Shown: positions 40,703 through 52,138, counted from the first letter of the stretch. The stretch: 64,000 nt of DNA from Candidatus Bathyarchaeota archaeon (GCA_963780185.1 CAWABA010000010.1:32001-96000), one strand, 5' to 3'. Made by a program: numbers and translations. Notes: generated by a model from the sequence alone, not told the origin.

Positions 40703-42059
40703 TCAAAAACCTAAACAGCTCTCTAACCCTGTATCTAGTAACCATTCGAAAGTTGCCTCTGAATGCTTGTTTCACCATTTTTGAATAATACTTCTTTTTT
40801 GCTTCTTTAGACGCCCGCAGCGCAAGCTGAAATGCTTTTTTTCGTTCGTCAACTGAGAATTCAGGCGTGTCGAAGACTGGCTGATTGCTAAAATGACTAA
40901 ACTTCGTATAATCTCTAATAATCCAGTGTCCAGTTTTTTCAACGTAGTCCCACAGTTGCGTTCGAGGGTAAGGGAGTGCTAAGTAGAAATCGAATGTAGT
41001 GAAGCCCTGGTCAACAGCGAAGTCGATGGATTCTTTAACCGTCTCGAAAGTGTCCCCAATATTGCCGATCATGAAAAGACCGTGAAAATTGATGCCTGCA
41101 TCTTTGATCATTGTGACAGCTTTTTTGATGTCGTCTACGCTTTCGCCCTTGTTGATATTCCGAAGCATTGCAGGGTTTGCCGATTCGACTCCGATAGCAA
41201 TCCCGGTGCAACCTGCCTCCTTCATTTTCTTAAGCATTGTTTCAGTAACTCTATCAGCCCTTACTCCCTGACAGAACCACTGAATTTTAAGGGGTTGCAC
41301 CTTCTCGCAAAAGGATAATATTCGCTCATTATCCAAGGTAAAATTGTCATCAGCGATGTAGAATTGTTTTTTGCCGTAATTGGCGATTAACCATGAAATC
41401 TCGTCTAAGATACCATCAACGGAACGTGCTCTCCAATTTTTACCCCAAAGTTTTGAGATTGCGCAAAATGAACAATTAAAAGGGCAACCTCTGCTTGTAA
41501 GCAACACATGTTGATCATACCTCTTCATAGGGAAAAGATCCCAAGCTGGAAACGGGAGAGAATCGATATTCTGAATAAGCTCTGCAGGTTCGTTAACTAC
41601 TATGGATCCCTCTTGGTTGCGGAAGATTAGTCCATTGATTTTAGTCAACTGGTCGATTGGATGGTTTCCTGTTTGTATTAAGCGAGTGAGTTCTAACAGG
41701 GAATTTTCACCTTCGCCATAGATTGCATAATCAACGGCTGGAGATTTTTCGAGCGTTTCGCTTAGGGCTATCCCAACATGTGGACCGCCAAGAACAATTT
41801 GGGTATCTGGGTGCTTTTCCTTAACTTTTCTTGCTACATTTAACGTGCTTTCGTACGTGGCACTTGTAGTGCTTATCCCGACTAGATCAAACGGTTGATC
41901 TAGAAAGCAATCAGCTTCCTTATTATTTGAAACAGCAACATCCAAAATGCACACTTCGAATCCATTACTTCTCAAAACGCTGGCTAAGTAGCCTAACCCC
42001 AAGGATGGAAACGAAGCAGTTAATTTCTTCTCACCTGGATCAATCAAGCCGATTCTCAT
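40692..42059 (-). CDS. B12-binding domain radical SAM protein
   Basis: PSLGLGYLAS, VLGGPH, GEGE, TSRGCPFNCSFC, DDNF, GVES. Confidence 0.95.
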   Translation of the reverse strand: MRIGLIDPGEKKLTASFPSLGLGYLASVLRSNGFEVCILDVAVSNNKEADCFLDQPFDLVGISTTSATYESTLNVARKVKEKHPDTQIVLGGPHVGIALSETLEKSPAVDYAIYGEGENSLLELTRLIQTGNHPIDQLTKINGLIFRNQEGSIVVNEPAELIQNIDSLPFPAWDLFPMKRYDQHVLLTSRGCPFNCSFCAISKLWGKNWRARSVDGILDEISWLIANYGKKQFYIADDNFTLDNERILSFCEKVQPLKIQWFCQGVRADRVTETMLKKMKEAGCTGIAIGVESANPAMLRNINKGESVDDIKKAVTMIKDAGINFHGLFMIGNIGDTFETVKESIDFAVDQGFTTFDFYLALPYPRTQLWDYVEKTGHWIIRDYTKFSHFSNQPVFDTPEFSVDERKKAFQLALRASKEAKKKYYSKMVKQAFRGNFRMVTRYRVRELFRFLIGV

Positions 42060-42084
42060 TTTTTCACCGCTAATCCTTTATTTT

Positions 42085-42696
42085 TCACATGGAATCATCC
42101 AGCCCATTCTTAGTCAATACAAAAAATCTGTGGAAAGGATTTTCAAATACCCGATACGTCTTCCTGATCACAAACCCTGAACCATTTATCATTTTTAATA
42201 TCATTTTTAACGTAAGGTTGCTTTTTCCAATCTCCCAATAATGATGACCTTCCCAAACGAGTGTTCTGTTGATTAGCCTAGGCACAGAAAATGTTGGAGA
42301 TTGGAGAGAGTTTATGCTGAAACCAACATGCCATGAATCATCAGGTAAACTTAGAATTGCGGCGTTTTTCGTGATCCTGTTTATTTCAAGTAGGGCGTTT
42401 GGGAGTTTTTCATACGGCAAGTGTTCCAAAACCTCATAACATAGACAGGCTTCAAACTGGTCATCTTTGAAAGGCATATTTGTTACTGATCCAATAAAGT
42501 CAGGATTCAAATCCTTGCATACATCTAAAGTAATTATTGATAAACCGAATTGTTTCAGGTACCTTGATACAAATCCATTACCAATCCCAACTTCTAGGGT
42601 ACACCGCGAACGCAGCTTGAGAGCTTCGTTAATTTGATACCAGTAGCTGTTGAATCTTTGTTTGGAATCGTAATTGACTTTGTGATAGATACTCAT
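42085..42696 (-). CDS. Class I SAM methyltransferase
   Basis: LEVGIGNG, MPFKDDQFE, EVLEHLPY, HYWEIGK. Confidence 0.9.
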   Translation of the reverse strand: MSIYHKVNYDSKQRFNSYWYQINEALKLRSRCTLEVGIGNGFVSRYLKQFGLSIITLDVCKDLNPDFIGSVTNMPFKDDQFEACLCYEVLEHLPYEKLPNALLEINRITKNAAILSLPDDSWHVGFSINSLQSPTFSVPRLINRTLVWEGHHYWEIGKSNLTLKMILKMINGSGFVIRKTYRVFENPFHRFFVLTKNGLDDSM

Positions 42697-42777
42697 CGAA
42701 CCGGATCAAATCCAATTGTTTTTTGTCATTCAAGAAAAAAAGAAGTTCACGCGTTTTGATTGGGCGTCCTGCATTTT

Positions 42778-44289
42778 CTAAAGGGGATTAGGAATGTAGT
42801 AAATGTCTACTTCTTGGGTTGATCGGCCGTAGAAAACAGCCACACGCGTTCCGTTGCTTGTGATGTAATTCAGTGTTGATTTGTCGACTAGATATGTCCA
42901 TCTCGGCGAAGTAATAAAGTAATGTATGTCCTGTCCCTTGAGAGAGTTTAAGGATGAATACGCTTCCATTTTTACGATCTGATAGTTGGTGAACAAGAAT
43001 TGGTACGTGTATTGTGGACACCAAATCTTTTCGCCATTAGGGATATTTTCCTGAGCCCAATTGATCGATTGACTGATTGCATTGTCATTCCTTCCATCGA
43101 CCACTACCCAGACCGCCATGTTGTAACCTATAACGACAAAGAGCAGCAATAAAGCTGCAAACATTACTTTTCTGTTTCGGCTTATAATTCCGGACGCAAG
43201 TTTCGCTATGGTGTAACCAGCAATGACTGCTGCGGGGACTGTTACATAGATGAAGAACTGCGGATTATGTGCTCCAATGACGCCAAAGAAAATGGCTGAG
43301 CCGATAAACCAAGAGGACAACAATAAGGTAAATTTACTTCTATCTTTAACGATGAAGTAAACTGAAGCGATGACAGCGACTCCTAGCAATATGTACGTGA
43401 TTAAGTATATGTTCGCTCTCGAAATGAAATCTGACGTGAATGAAATATAATTTGGATTGGTGTACCCCGTATTTCTGATAATCCAGAGTGCCCTTTCCAG
43501 AAGATTATAGTTAGTGGTTAAGAAGAGCGAAGCATCTATAGAGAGAGCCCAGACAACATAGGCTAAGTACATTAGAAGGCCAGTTACTAAGAAAACAGTT
43601 GTTCCTTTGACGTTGACTTTATTTTTTGCAACGTATCGAGTAAGCAAGAACCAGACCACTACTACCACAATAAGAAAGACCGCCAACTCTTTGGTAAGGA
43701 GCGCTAAACCAAAAAATACTCCAGCAAGAACATAATTCTTTAAGCCACTATTAGAATTCGCACGCCAAAAGAAAACAAGTGCAATTATAGCAAATAACAT
43801 TACCAATGACTCTAAAATCCCGATCCTGCTGTACTTTAACGCGTAAGGTTCTAGCATTAATACAAATGCTGTTGCAATTCCAATCTGGATATTACTTACT
43901 TTTGCGATCCAGATGAACACCGCTGCCACACCAAGAGCAGCATACAGGCAAGCAGTCAACCTACCCGTGAACACATTTGCCAAAGTTACCCCATGTATTC
44001 CTGCCAGCTGGAAAAAGGCACTCTGGAAAATAAAGTACAGCGGCGGGTGAATAAACCAAGGTTGTCCAAAAGCAACCAGATGCCCGTACTGCGGCAGCGT
44101 TACAGTCATGCCAGTGTACAGAACTTCGTCCCCGAAAATGTCCGGCGTCGAAGATAGCCGCCATACCCTTAAGGCGAAGGCAAGGGCAAACAAAAGGATC
44201 CCGATGGAAACTGCTAGTCGATTTTCATTTACAAGCGTCAAAAGATTTTTTGGCTTTCGAAAAGGTTGCTTGCTGGCTTCATTTTGCAA
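42778..44289 (-). CDS. GT-C fold membrane glycosyltransferase (ArnT/PMT-like)
   Basis: DEVLY, HPPLY, about 11 TM helices, GLALLTKE. Confidence 0.88.
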   Translation of the reverse strand: MQNEASKQPFRKPKNLLTLVNENRLAVSIGILLFALAFALRVWRLSSTPDIFGDEVLYTGMTVTLPQYGHLVAFGQPWFIHPPLYFIFQSAFFQLAGIHGVTLANVFTGRLTACLYAALGVAAVFIWIAKVSNIQIGIATAFVLMLEPYALKYSRIGILESLVMLFAIIALVFFWRANSNSGLKNYVLAGVFFGLALLTKELAVFLIVVVVVWFLLTRYVAKNKVNVKGTTVFLVTGLLMYLAYVVWALSIDASLFLTTNYNLLERALWIIRNTGYTNPNYISFTSDFISRANIYLITYILLGVAVIASVYFIVKDRSKFTLLLSSWFIGSAIFFGVIGAHNPQFFIYVTVPAAVIAGYTIAKLASGIISRNRKVMFAALLLLFVVIGYNMAVWVVVDGRNDNAISQSINWAQENIPNGEKIWCPQYTYQFLFTNYQIVKMEAYSSLNSLKGQDIHYFITSPRWTYLVDKSTLNYITSNGTRVAVFYGRSTQEVDIYYIPNPL

Positions 44290-45154
44290 TTTGTAATTCC
44301 TCTTTCAGATAATTCTTATGATTGAGCTCTAAATTGATTCGTAGGGCGGCGTTCAACAGTTTAGGATTTACACCTCTTGCTTCGATGAATCCTACGAAAG
44401 CCTCCAAATCCTTAGGCAGGCAAGAACCGTCAAACGGCTTGCCTCCATAAACGCCGTATTGTCCTATGCGTGGGTCTTCAGCTACTGCTCGGCTTACCAA
44501 ATCTGGTTCCAACCCGAGCGTCACGCAGATTCCGTAGATTTCGTTGAAAAACGAGATTTTACTCGACAAGAAAGCGTTGGACACGTATTTTATCATTTCA
44601 GCCGTGTCAAAATTCATTCTAAATGTCGGCGCCTTTAGTGGTGCGTAAAGTTTTTCAAGCAAATTTCCTGACCGCTTGTCGTATTCACCTATGACTATCC
44701 TATTGGGGTGCATGAAATCGTTGATGGCTGTTTTTTCTCGCAGAAACTCTGGATTCATACAAAGCCCAAAGTCTGCCCCAACCTTTTGCTTGCAATAGCG
44801 GTCTAAAAGAGGAATAACCACAGTCCGCGTTGTACCCGGCAGTACAGTGCTTCTTACCACAACAACTTGATATTGCGACGCAAAATCGAGCGCGTTTGCA
44901 ACCTCGAGAATTTTATTTTTCAAGCAGGTGCAATCCATCTTGCCTTGTATCGTGGGGGTTGGAACACATAGGAACAGAGCGTCACAGTCGCAGGTTGCCT
45001 GCTGAATCTCGGTGGTTACTTCAAACCCGAGTTTTCGTAGCGGTTCCAATTTTTCTTTTCTTATATCGTGAAAAACAACTTGGTTTCCAAGTTTAGCCAA
45101 GCCGATGCCGGTTGCTTGACCCACTACACCCGAGCCGACAATGAAAACTTTCAT
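44279..45154 (-). CDS. UDP-glucose/GDP-mannose dehydrogenase family, short form
   Basis: GSGVVG, CVPTP, RSTVLPGT, NPEFLRE, AEMIKY, GSCLPKD; no C-terminal UDP-binding domain. Confidence 0.9.
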   Translation of the reverse strand: MKVFIVGSGVVGQATGIGLAKLGNQVVFHDIRKEKLEPLRKLGFEVTTEIQQATCDCDALFLCVPTPTIQGKMDCTCLKNKILEVANALDFASQYQVVVVRSTVLPGTTRTVVIPLLDRYCKQKVGADFGLCMNPEFLREKTAINDFMHPNRIVIGEYDKRSGNLLEKLYAPLKAPTFRMNFDTAEMIKYVSNAFLSSKISFFNEIYGICVTLGLEPDLVSRAVAEDPRIGQYGVYGGKPFDGSCLPKDLEAFVGFIEARGVNPKLLNAALRINLELNHKNYLKEELQIAK

Positions 45155-46086
45155 TTTCGGAAATTCTCCTGCAGTTTTTTAGTTGACGTAGCTATTGCCC
45201 AGACGGTGTGTTGTTTCTTGAAGGAGACGTCGAATAACGCTAAAGCGTTAGCTACAGCTTCGATTAGAATGACAGCAAATAGTTTTATTGTGTCTTTAGG
45301 ATTTTCTTTTATTTCTTCTTTGAGGATATGAAGACTTTTAGCTGGGTCTTGGACGAGCATGTTTTCGAGCGTTTTCGGATATTTTTTTGTTAGTTCCCTC
45401 ACACGTAAATGCCCATAAATTACTCTTCGTCTTTGACAAATGTAATCAGAAATGCTTGTTGGCGCTTTGATGAAAACTTTCGCTTCATCACAGAACTTGA
45501 TTAACCAGCCTTTTAACGAGGCTGTAACCGCTATGTACGCGTCGTCATTTACTACATTAATCGGTATTTTATTCACAATTCCCTGCCTAAAAACCATGAA
45601 TTCTCCTGAAGCGTGATTGCTCACGTTTAAGTCATTGAGGTAATGCAAAGTGTTGTTGTGTAGCCGCCACATTAAGTGGCTCAAGTAGCCCGAAAAGCCT
45701 GTCTCAAGATTCGTCGGTACTGGGCTGCCTCCGACTACGCCTATCTTGGGATTTTCAGAAAACTTCTTAATCAGCAAAGGCAAAGCGGAACGCGCAGGGA
45801 TCACGTCGGCTGGAATCAAAAAAATAAATTGACCTTTAGATTTTTCAAGAACAATGTTCACGGCCGATGCCTTGCCGAGACGTTTTTGCTCTATTACCAA
45901 CTTTACGCGTGAATCCATTTCCGAAAACTGCCTAACAACCATAGGCGTGGAATCTGTGCAGCCTGAGCAAACAACAATTATTTCGCTGTCTTTTCCGAGT
46001 TGCTGCTGAGTTAGAAGGTTGCTTAGCAAACCTCCGATATTCTGTTGCTCATTGTAAGCGCAGATACCTACGCTGATAAGCGTGAA
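45151..46086 (-). CDS. Glycosyltransferase family 2 (start codon not resolved)
   Basis: Frame extends upstream of the track ORF to LISVGICAYNEQQNI; SGCTDST, GKASAVN, PADV, NDD, QRRR. Confidence 0.9.
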   Translation of the reverse strand, partial: FTLISVGICAYNEQQNIGGLLSNLLTQQQLGKDSEIIVVCSGCTDSTPMVVRQFSEMDSRVKLVIEQKRLGKASAVNIVLEKSKGQFIFLIPADVIPARSALPLLIKKFSENPKIGVVGGSPVPTNLETGFSGYLSHLMWRLHNNTLHYLNDLNVSNHASGEFMVFRQGIVNKIPINVVNDDAYIAVTASLKGWLIKFCDEAKVFIKAPTSISDYICQRRRVIYGHLRVRELTKKYPKTLENMLVQDPAKSLHILKEEIKENPKDTIKLFAVILIEAVANALALFDVSFKKQHTVWAIATSTKKLQENFRK

Positions 46087-46437
46087 AAAAGAGCCTCCGA
46101 ATTTTTCCTCAAAAATTTAGCGCCTTAACGGCTTCTCTGTCTCGCCTACAAAAAAGAGGTTGGGAGCAGCCAATGAAGCTATCGTGTAGGCGTGTGCCTA
46201 TTACAAGAATTAGCCAAAAATGTTTCACTCGAGAAATTTATCTGCCTGATTCTGCTGAAAGAAAATAATCCTGAATTTCAATAGTTGAACCAACAGTGAC
46301 CCTTAAGAAAAGGCGGGTGCGAACAGTTTTTAAAGCAGATTTTAATGGTTTCTACCGTAAAATACGGGTAACTTATCCAAAGTGTAATAAAGGTTAGCAA
46401 CCGAGCTAGCCACGGCTTGAAGGAGGAAAAATCATCG

Positions 46438-47716
46438 TTGAAGTTAATTTACGTTGCAATAGACGGAATGGGCGATTTGCCAATTAAAACGTTAGGCAAC
46501 AAAACGCCGCTGGAAGCCGCTGAGACCCCGAATATGGATGCGCTTGCGGCAGGCGGCAAAACAGGTTTGATGTACACGGTGAAGAAGGGCGTAGCGCCTG
46601 AGAGCGATGTGGCTGTGATTTCGCTTTTGGGTTATGACCCGTTCAAATACAGCACTGGGCGAGGGGTTATCGAGGTGGCTGGAGCTGGCTTAAAAATGAA
46701 GGATGGCGATTTGGCTTTGAGATGCAACTTTGCCACGCTGGGAAAAGGAAGAACCATACTTGACCGCCGAGTCGCAAGAAGCCTAAGTACTGAAGAAGCC
46801 ACCGAGCTAACTAAAGCCGCAAACGAGCAGGTCACGCTTGAATCTTACCCTGCGACTTTCGAGTTCAAGAACACGCTGGGTCACAGGGCTGTTCTGCTGA
46901 TAAAAAGCAAGGCAAAGCCTCTTTCAAGCAACATAACAAACAGCGACCCTGCCTACACAATAGTTAACGGTATCGGCGTAGCGCAGACAAACGTTGAGAT
47001 GGTTCTAAAAACCTGCGAGCCCACAGACAAGACGGAGGCAGCAAAAGTCTCCGCTGCACTCGTTAATGAATTCATCGACAAAACCCACAAGCTATGGGAC
47101 AAGTATCCTTTAAACGTGAAACGTGCAGCTGAAGGCAAGCTTAAAGCGAATGTCGTTTTAACCCGAGACGCAGGGCACTTGCTTCCCAAATTCTTCAACA
47201 TCGACGAGCACTACCACGTTAACTTCGCCGCTTTGGCTGATATGCACGCTGAAAGAGGCATCGCTGAGTCTGGCTGGCATGGATTCGATGTTGCTTCCGC
47301 CGCCGTCAGGTAACCTGCAGAAAGACTGCGCTATAAGAGTCAAAACGCTAACAGAAGTTCTTCCGAAGCATGACTGCTTCTACATTCACCTCAAAGGCCC
47401 CGATGAGCCGGGGCATGATGGCAACTGCCTGTTGAAAACGCAGATTATTGCAGCCATCGACAAGTACTTCTTCGGTCCGTTGCTGAAGCAGATTTCCCTA
47501 AAAGACAACCTTATCTGCATAACCGCCGACCACGCCACACCATGCGAGCTTAAAGTGCACAGTGACACACCCGTGCCCGTTTTGATTTCAGGCGGCAAAC
47601 TGGGCGACGGCAAAGCGTTAAAGTTCTCGGAGAGGGAATGCGCAAAAGGAAGCTTAGGAACAATTGACCGCGGATGCGAACTGTTGCCAAAACTGATGAA
47701 GCTAATAAAAAAGTAA
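46438..47716 (+). CDS. apgM: BPG-independent phosphoglycerate mutase (frameshift near 47.27 kb)
   Basis: IDGMGD, KTPLEAAETPNMD, PESDVA, LRCNFAT, HLKGPDEPGHDG, TADHATP. Confidence 0.92.
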
Positions 47717-47750
47717 GCCTAGTCGCGTTAAGGAAACTGGGTTTTTAACG

Positions 47751-47796
47751 CCCATTTTTACCTTGGTTTTTTGATGTAAATAGTAGACCCCCTCCC
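47751..47796 (-). repeat. Third copy of the 46-bp G-tract + dyad element
   Basis: Reverse complement GGGAGGGGGTCTACTATTTACATCAAAAAACCAAGGTAAAAATGGG is 40/46 identical to 23551-23596. Confidence 0.85.
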
Positions 47797-48036
47797 TCGG
47801 TAGGCGGAGGTTGTTTGGGGCTTGTTTTGGGTTGCTTTTTTGGTTTGGCTTTTAATGCTTTTAGATGTCGGGCGTAGGTGACGCTGGGGGGGCCATCGTT
47901 TTCGGTTGGTTTTTTGGAATATTCCAAAAGTTATTTATGCCTTGAAAAGCGCGAAAAATACGGGGAAAGTAAAGTCAGAAACCATGTGCCTTTAATAAAA
48001 AGCGTCCTCTAAGGAATAGTGAATAGGCGAAAATTC

Positions 48037-48375
48037 ATGGCTTATACGCGTGAAGGAAAAGAAATCTTTGAAGTCTCCTACCCGATTGACGCTATCTGGC
48101 AAGCAATCCCCAAAGCAATTACTAAGCTCGAGTGGAAGGTGGAAGAAGCAGACTTGGCTACGCATCACGTTAAAGTAAAGACAAAAGGTGCCTTCCTATC
48201 CTACGGTTCTGATTTGGACATAGATTTGACCGCGGTCGATGAAAAAACCACGAAATTGTCTATTTCCGCAGAAACCCCTGTAACCACCATTACGGCTATG
48301 GCAGATTTCGGCAGGACAAATGAACGCATCAACGTCTTCATCGCTACAATAGGAAAAATAATGAGCGGTGAATAA
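48037..48375 (+). CDS. Hypothetical protein (112 aa)
   Basis: Alpha/beta pattern; TTTAATAA box upstream. Confidence 0.75.
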   Translation: MAYTREGKEIFEVSYPIDAIWQAIPKAITKLEWKVEEADLATHHVKVKTKGAFLSYGSDLDIDLTAVDEKTTKLSISAETPVTTITAMADFGRTNERINVFIATIGKIMSGE

Positions 48376-48381
48376 TTCGCC

Positions 48382-49348
48382 TTACTCAAGTATCTGTGAA
48401 CGTTTAAACGCGTACCAAGCGATGAGCAGGAAGACGACGATATAGAGGAAGGCCACTGCTAATCGCACGCAAAGCAACAATGTTTATGCTTTCAGTGTAG
48501 AGCAGCGTCGGCGGCAGCGATGGGTGGAACGCATCAATATGCGTAAATAGTACATTGGCGTGCGTGAAAAGAACAGCTTTAACCATGTTTGAGCCCAAGT
48601 TGTCGGTTCCCGCTGAAACAGACGTCGCCGAGTTAACGGTGACGTTAGCCACTGTAAAATTGTGACCAATCGTAACGTTCAAGGTTCCTCCTGCTCCTGA
48701 CCCAGGCAAATAGTTAAGGTCCCTTACAACTCCCGCATTGCCGGAAAACTGTCCCACGACGCCTACTCCAATGACTAAGGCGATAAACAAGCCTAATCCA
48801 ACAAGAAGTGCAAGCATCGAGTTTTTGGAGATGGAGCCCGCTGCTAAGACTACTGCAACCCAGATGAACGTGGATATTATGTCGCCTACTAGTGCCAGCG
48901 GCACAAGGTATATGCTGTTTTGCGGTCCGTAAACGATGATGCCGCCGACAGTCGAGTAAGTGAAAATTACTGCGTACGACACAAGAATTACTATGAATGT
49001 TGCAAAAAGTTTGCCGAAGAATACCATTGAACGCGAAACAGGCTTCGTTAAAAGTGGAACGATTGTTCCGCTCTCGAACTCCCCTGAAATGCTGTTCATT
49101 CCGGTCACGATGGCGAATAGGATGAAGCTGAGGTTTCCAACGCTGAAAGTAGCAGCGAAATACGGGTTCTTCCCCACATTTAGAAACGCCGGCAAAACCA
49201 GGTTTACCGTAGCTAAGACGAATGCAATTACTAGTGCCCCGATAAACTTCTTTTTGCGTATGTTCCAAAGCATCTCGTACCTTACAACAGCCCAGAAACG
49301 AGTAAACCAGCTTGGCTTCGCCTTATCATATTGCTGCGTTGTGGTCAT
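48382..49348 (-). CDS. ABC-2 type transporter permease (frameshift near 48.46 kb)
   Basis: SISGEFESGTIVPLLTKPVSR..FFGK; alternate frame ends AWYAFKRSQILE*. Confidence 0.88.
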
Positions 49349-50293
49349 TGTTTCTTTGCTCCTTGGTCTTTTGTTACAAGCTGCATGAAAACGTCCTCCA
49401 AGTTGGAGGCTTTTTGAGTCATGCCAACGATTACGCCTCCTGCGGCAGTCAACGCTTTGGAGACCTGCGCTCGCACATCGTCCCTGAGTGTTGACTTGAA
49501 TAATCAGGGTGTTGCCTGTTCTCCAAGTACCTGAGACAAAAGTCAGCTTTTTTGCCGCAGCAATGGCATCGTTGGATAAATCAGTTAATTCAACATGTAT
49601 CATTGGTGCCTCCAACATCATGTTTGAAACGTTCTGAAGCGTGTCAGAGGCCAAAACAGAGCCTTTGTTGATGATGGTCACGTGGTCACAGATTTGTTCG
49701 ACCTCAGAAAGCAAGTGCGAAGATAAAAAGACGGTTCTACCCTCTTTTAGAATGTTTTTAACCAGTTCCCTGACTTCAACCATTCCAACCGGGTCCAACC
49801 CGATGCTTGGCTCATCCAAAATCACTAGTTCGGGGTCGAAGAGTAGCGCTTGAGCGATTCCTATTCGCTGCTGCATGCCTTTGCTGTATTTTCCGATGAG
49901 GTCGTTTTCCCTGCCTTTTAAGCCGACCATTTCGATAAGTTTTGGGATTTGTTCTGTCCTTTGCTGCTGCGTCATGCCGTACATTCGGCCGTATACATCA
50001 AGCAGTTCCCAGCCTTTGAGGTGCTTTGGGAACTTTGGCAACTCAGGCATGTACCCAATGTTTAGCCGAGAATCAGCGTCGTCAACATGGACTTCATGCC
50101 CTAAGACTTTGACTGAACCAGAGTCAAGTTTGAGAAGACCAACCAAAATTTTGATGGTTGTGGTTTTTCCTGCGCCGTTTGGACCCAAAAAACCGTGGAT
50201 CGTATTCCTTTGTACTTTGAGGTTCAGTTTGTTTACGGCTGTCAGTGAACCGAAACGTTTTGTCAGGTCAGAGGTTTCAATTGCGTAGTCCAA
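49345..50293 (-). CDS. ABC transporter ATP-binding protein (frameshift near 49.48 kb)
   Basis: GPNGAGKTT, YSKGMQQR, ILDEP, SSH; alternate frame ends SNLEDVFMQLV...KQ* with ATGA overlap into the permease. Confidence 0.92.
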
Positions 50294-50486
50294 CGCAGGC
50301 GCTTCCTTGCTTTGGCTTTTATTCAGCGTTTGGATATAAGCTTTGACTTTTCGAATGATTCTTTCTGACGTTCCGCTTGGACAGCTGCGTTAACCCGAAA
50401 GAAATTTCGCCAGCCTTTACAAAAATGCACCGAAGATTATAAGACATCTTAGCCACAATTACCCTTTCAGGTCAACGGCGACTTGT

Positions 50487-50906
50487 ATGAGCGGCAAACA
50501 TCCACCAATCAGCTACAAAGGCAGAAGCATAGGCATCCTAATTTTAACAGTTGCCCAAGTGCTAATTGGAACCATACATCTTCTCATCGGTCTGGGGCTT
50601 ATCGCCGCAGATGCTTCAAACATCCAAGCATACATCCCCTACGACATTTACACCGTGACTTTCGGTGCGCTGGTCCTGATTTTTGCAGTTTTCATTTGGC
50701 AGGGCAAAAAAGTCGGCTGGGTTGGCACTGTCGTGGTCTCGTTATTCGTCATTGCCGCGGACACGTTGACGGTTCTTAACCTGCCGAGTATCCAGGGGAT
50801 TCCGAGTTTCGCCGCGCCCACTGAAATCGGGTACAGCCTAATCCTTATCGGTTACTTATGCACGAAAGGCATGAGACTGAAGTTTCTGCCAAATCAAGGA
50901 AAGTAA
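50487..50906 (+). CDS. 4-TM hypothetical membrane protein
   Basis: Four hydrophobic segments. Confidence 0.75.
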   Translation: MSGKHPPISYKGRSIGILILTVAQVLIGTIHLLIGLGLIAADASNIQAYIPYDIYTVTFGALVLIFAVFIWQGKKVGWVGTVVVSLFVIAADTLTVLNLPSIQGIPSFAAPTEIGYSLILIGYLCTKGMRLKFLPNQGK

Positions 50907-51065
50907 GCAAGCCAACAGGCCGTGCTTGCTTCAGAATGGTTTTAGAAAAGAATATTTTAGTTAAGCAAGCGATTCATTTACCTAAAATACTGATTTTAAA
51001 TCAGAAATGTGTTTTCATAAATACTAAGTAATAACAGCGGCTAAAGGTAGTGAGAGGTGTAAATA

Positions 51066-51287
51066 TTGACAAAGCAAATGGAAATAGCAAAACAGGGTGT
51101 TATGGTAGAATTAAGAAGCCTTGGATACTCGGAAAAAGAAATAACGCAGTTTAAAGCGACAACAACTTGCCCGCGATGTGGTTGCGACTTCTCCAATCTT
51201 CCTTTCAGCGGTAGATGGCTTGCTCACTTAGCTAACTGCGAAGGAAAACAAAACGGACCGAAGCCGAAGCCCAAAAACAAGGCTTAA
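51066..51287 (+). CDS. Small C2HC-type zinc finger protein
   Basis: CPRC-x13-HLANC; GAGGTG SD. Confidence 0.65.
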   Translation: MTKQMEIAKQGVMVELRSLGYSEKEITQFKATTTCPRCGCDFSNLPFSGRWLAHLANCEGKQNGPKPKPKNKA

Positions 51288-51722
51288 CCTTTAGAAGAAA
51301 CAAGAACTATCCAATTGCAAATCCTATTTTAGGTTTGCGAAAAGATAGGTTTCTTTCGTTGGAAGTGATCATCGTTCACACATTGCCGCTGCTGCATGAT
51401 AGCTTTTCGATGCCAGGTCTTAGCTTGCTCTGTCGGTGATGAGTTTCTCTTTATTTTCCTTGTTGCTGTAGTCGTCATTAAATAAGGCGGAGGTTAATTT
51501 GTCTGAAATGCTGGTTTTGCCTGTGAAAATAGCTTTTTGATTTTTACGCGTTCCGCACTTTGTTGGCTCTATTTTTTAGGTTATTGTTGTTTATTTGTTG
51601 CGAAGGTTGGCTGAGGGTTCTCTGTGTTAGTTTTTTCTGTTTGTGCAAGGGTACCCGGTAGGAGGGTGAAGCATCTACACTTTGCATCTACGGTTAAAGT
51701 TGCGGCCATTTCGGGAAACCTG

Positions 51723-52133
51723 TTAAGTTGCTTTTTGTTGCAGAGTACTCAGGTAAGCAGGCAAGCTTTCGATGCATTGGATTTCCCGACCCACCAACGC
51801 CTGCAGCTCCCGCCAAAATCTTGTGTCAACATTTATTTTAGCCCGCTCCAAATCACGCTTCAAACGCAAAGTCCCTTCTTTGCCTCGCCTATCAAAATCC
51901 AGCAAAAGAACCACGGCGCCGACCTCGAGGTTTTCGATTTCCAAAGTTGCTTCAAGGAAGGATTTGCCGCCTGTCTTCACCGTCACGATTGTTCCGTTGA
52001 CGCCTAAATCCTGTAGCGCTTGAGCGTCTTTTTTGCCTTCCACAACTATAGGCTTGCCTTTCGCCGCGTCTTCCGCTAGCTTAGCGATGAGGTTTTCAAG
52101 TTTTTCCTGTTTCTCTTTAAGCCTTGTCGACAA
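51723..52133 (-). CDS. Small Toprim domain protein
   Basis: IVVEGKKD, LLLDFDRRG. Confidence 0.9.
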   Translation of the reverse strand: MSTRLKEKQEKLENLIAKLAEDAAKGKPIVVEGKKDAQALQDLGVNGTIVTVKTGGKSFLEATLEIENLEVGAVVLLLDFDRRGKEGTLRLKRDLERAKINVDTRFWRELQALVGREIQCIESLPAYLSTLQQKAT

Positions 52134-52138
52134 CGCTT

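Noticed and set aside
48404-50293. Apparent 629-aa ABC ATPase-permease fusion in the ORF track
   Set aside because: One extra base near 49483 explains it; the alternate frame restores LEDVFM, a stop and an ATGA overlap with the permease start
51329-51478. 49-aa minus-strand ORF (MTTTATRK...)
   Set aside because: No motif or clear SD/promoter support; cannot be told from chance
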